This document shows positions 62,064 to 64,000 of a DNA stretch of 64,000 nt, piece after piece (the first letter of the stretch is position 1; every line of letters begins with the position of its first letter). The notes beneath the pieces are model-generated. The model was given only the letters and a program-made list of their open reading frames with translations, was not told the origin of the DNA and made no database searches. Source of the DNA: Macrostomum hystrix. Lineage: Eukaryota; Animalia; Platyhelminthes. The stretch is from positions 23,498,001-23,562,000 of the forward strand of contig CATNEN010000001.1 in the NCBI GenBank assembly GCA_950097015.1, read 5' to 3'. Both the position numbers and the translations under genes were made by a program.

Positions 62064-63938
62064 ATGTCCTTCGGCCTGGTAGCTGATTATCTCGGCTGGA
62101 AGCCATCCGCAGGTGTGTACGGTCGCCAGTTCTGCGACCCGGTGGTGCAGGAGCTCGTTGACAAACGTCGACTTCAAGGCGCTCGTTTGAAGCGTCATTC
62201 GCTAGAATTTGTCAACAAGAAGAAGCTGAAGATAGCCGAGCTGCCCGCCGACCCAAGGCTGCACAAACCGTTGAGGTATCCTTCGATACCCATTACCGAC
62301 ATCACCTACGTGCAGCAGGAAGACGGTCGTACGGATCCTTTGGTGTTCTGCCTCATCCTATTAGGTAAGGGTTGTGTTCTGCTTGTCGCTTGGGAATTTT
62401 TTTCATCGCTAAACTTTGGCTAATACGAGAGTAACTATAAATGATAGCTCGAAGATAGAATTGCTTCTATATTCGTGAGATACGTATGCCGTAGAAGGTC
62501 TAATACTCGTCACAGAAAGACACGGAACGACAGTACTTTCAGAATTTCTCGTACTCTGCGTAATTATTGGAGCCATGCATGCATTATAAAAAAAGGACCA
62601 CGAGAAATTTAAGGTGAGTTGATAATTAGTCAGAGAATTGAGAGCTCATAGAATATTTATGACCCAAGAATGGACTAATTTCTTGCAACAAAGTCAGATT
62701 GTAGCAAGAATAAGCGTAAATGACCTCATGAACTTGAATTTTTTGCTTTTTTCGAAGCCTTCTCCGCGAGCATAACTTTGTACGTAATATGATTCGCTTA
62801 CAAATCTAATTTCAAAAGCCTTCTTTAAAATAAAATCTATATGCTTCGAAAATTACTCTCTAATTTCTTAAAATACGCTCGTAACTCCATTTTGGCAAAG
62901 CGGAACACCAAATGGAAGCCTAGAGTAGATAATGCCCAGTTTGATGTGATCCGATGTCAGGCCTGGAGGCGAATCGCAGGTCCTTGCGCATGCTTGCAGC
63001 ATTTCGATGCTTTTATTTCATGCCTAGAATAAGTAGGTCAAAAAAAGTGTGGCATCTCATTCGCAACCAACAGGCTACAACGAAGAATCTAGCCATTCAG
63101 TCCACGTACACGCCTGGCGGGGCCGCTCCCTTGAAGCCGTGTCCGAGTTTGTGGCCCGCCTCAACAAGTGTCTGACCACTCGGGACCACCTGCAGCTTGT
63201 GCGGCAGCGCGAGAGCGAGCTTCTGGTTACCAGAGAGGTGCAGCCAAGCGGACTGTTTGCCACGGAGCCGCCACGTCGAATGCAGCTAACCGGCGTCAGC
63301 AGTGCAGCTGGTGGACCAGGAGCTGCCGGAATGGCGGCCGCAGCTGCTCGACTGCCTGCTGAATTACAGTCAGTAACGGAAGAGCTCAAGCGGAAGCTTC
63401 GCGACTTCGGTGACAACGGCAGCAGTGGCGGGCTCGGTGGCGCATCAAAAGACGCACCACCTCTGTTGCACCCACCGAGAGACTACGACACGGCTTCGCG
63501 AAGCCACGGCAACGCCATGATGGCCAGAATCGAACCACCACTTCGTGCCGGTTCCCGAGCACCGACTGGGGCTGTCATCCGACGCACGCCGCCCCCGCAA
63601 CCGCAGCTGTCGCCAGCATCGGCACATCAATATCAGGCGCAGCGAGAGCCGTCTGGCGCTAATTTCGACGACAGAAATGACAGCGACAGCAGCGAGTGCG
63701 ACTGCGAAGATGTCGAACGCGCCGTCGCGGCTGCGGACGCAAGCAACGGTGCGGAGGCGTGGGCCGACCCTGGCCGGGGTTTCTCTACTTGGCGTAGGCG
63801 GCGCATGCAGCAGCGTAGGCAGCGGATTGCGGCCGTGTCTGGCCAGTCGGCCAGCGGTGCAAGCATTGTCGGCTGGGATGGCTTCGAGCCGCCACCGCCG
63901 TTGCCACCACCGCCAGCATCCAGAGAGCAATGGCGACA

Positions 63939-63971
<33 letters not shown>

Positions 63972-64000
63972 AAACAGACAGAAAGGATCGAACAGCGATA
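62064..64000 (+). CDS. PTB/PID-like domain protein, 3'-incomplete; exons 62064-62364 and 63074->64000
   Basis: DYLG..AGVYG, helix, ITDITYVQQ, FCLILL|GY, HVHAWR and EAVSEFVARLN fit the PTB fold pattern. Phase-1 GT-AG intron; the frame stays open to the window end with SVTEELKRKL, PPRDYDT, poly-Pro and poly-Gln. Confidence 0.72.

Overview
Eukaryotic (animal) genomic DNA with spliceosomal GT-AG introns and GC-rich exons. More than 20 unrelated tandem arrays make up about 19 kb (~30% of the window). The overall style suggests a free-living flatworm such as Macrostomum (inference only). Seven protein-coding genes can be reconstructed by hand: RIOK2 (-, 4 exons); an orphan FMRFamide/peptide-receptor-like class A GPCR (-); CFAP221/PCDP1 (+, 6 exons); a DEK_C+SWIB (UAF30/Spp27-like) protein (-, 3 exons); a divergent oxytocin/vasopressin-family prepropeptide with a 14-Cys neurophysin (+, 3 exons, largely missed by the ORF track); an unrecognised gene with two copies of a C2H2-plus-helix module probably spliced to a ~1000-aa 16/17-aa repeat exon (-); and a PTB-like protein running off the window end (+). 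Mobile DNA comprises a tRNA-derived SINE family (about 9 copies or fragments, one with a target-site duplication), a second tRNA-derived SINE with a CORE/Meta-like central domain, and a 5'-truncated RTE-like LINE remnant. The best candidates for something new are (1) the atypical OT/VP-like peptide CFMENCAPG-amide, possibly N-terminally extended and paired with a neurophysin lacking the hormone-binding Glu; (2) the zinc-finger/repeat orphan gene; (3) a hammerhead-core-like motif conserved in the SINE; and (4) evidence that minisatellites arise locally from SINE sequence. Most long ORFs in the supplied track are artefacts of tandem repeats.
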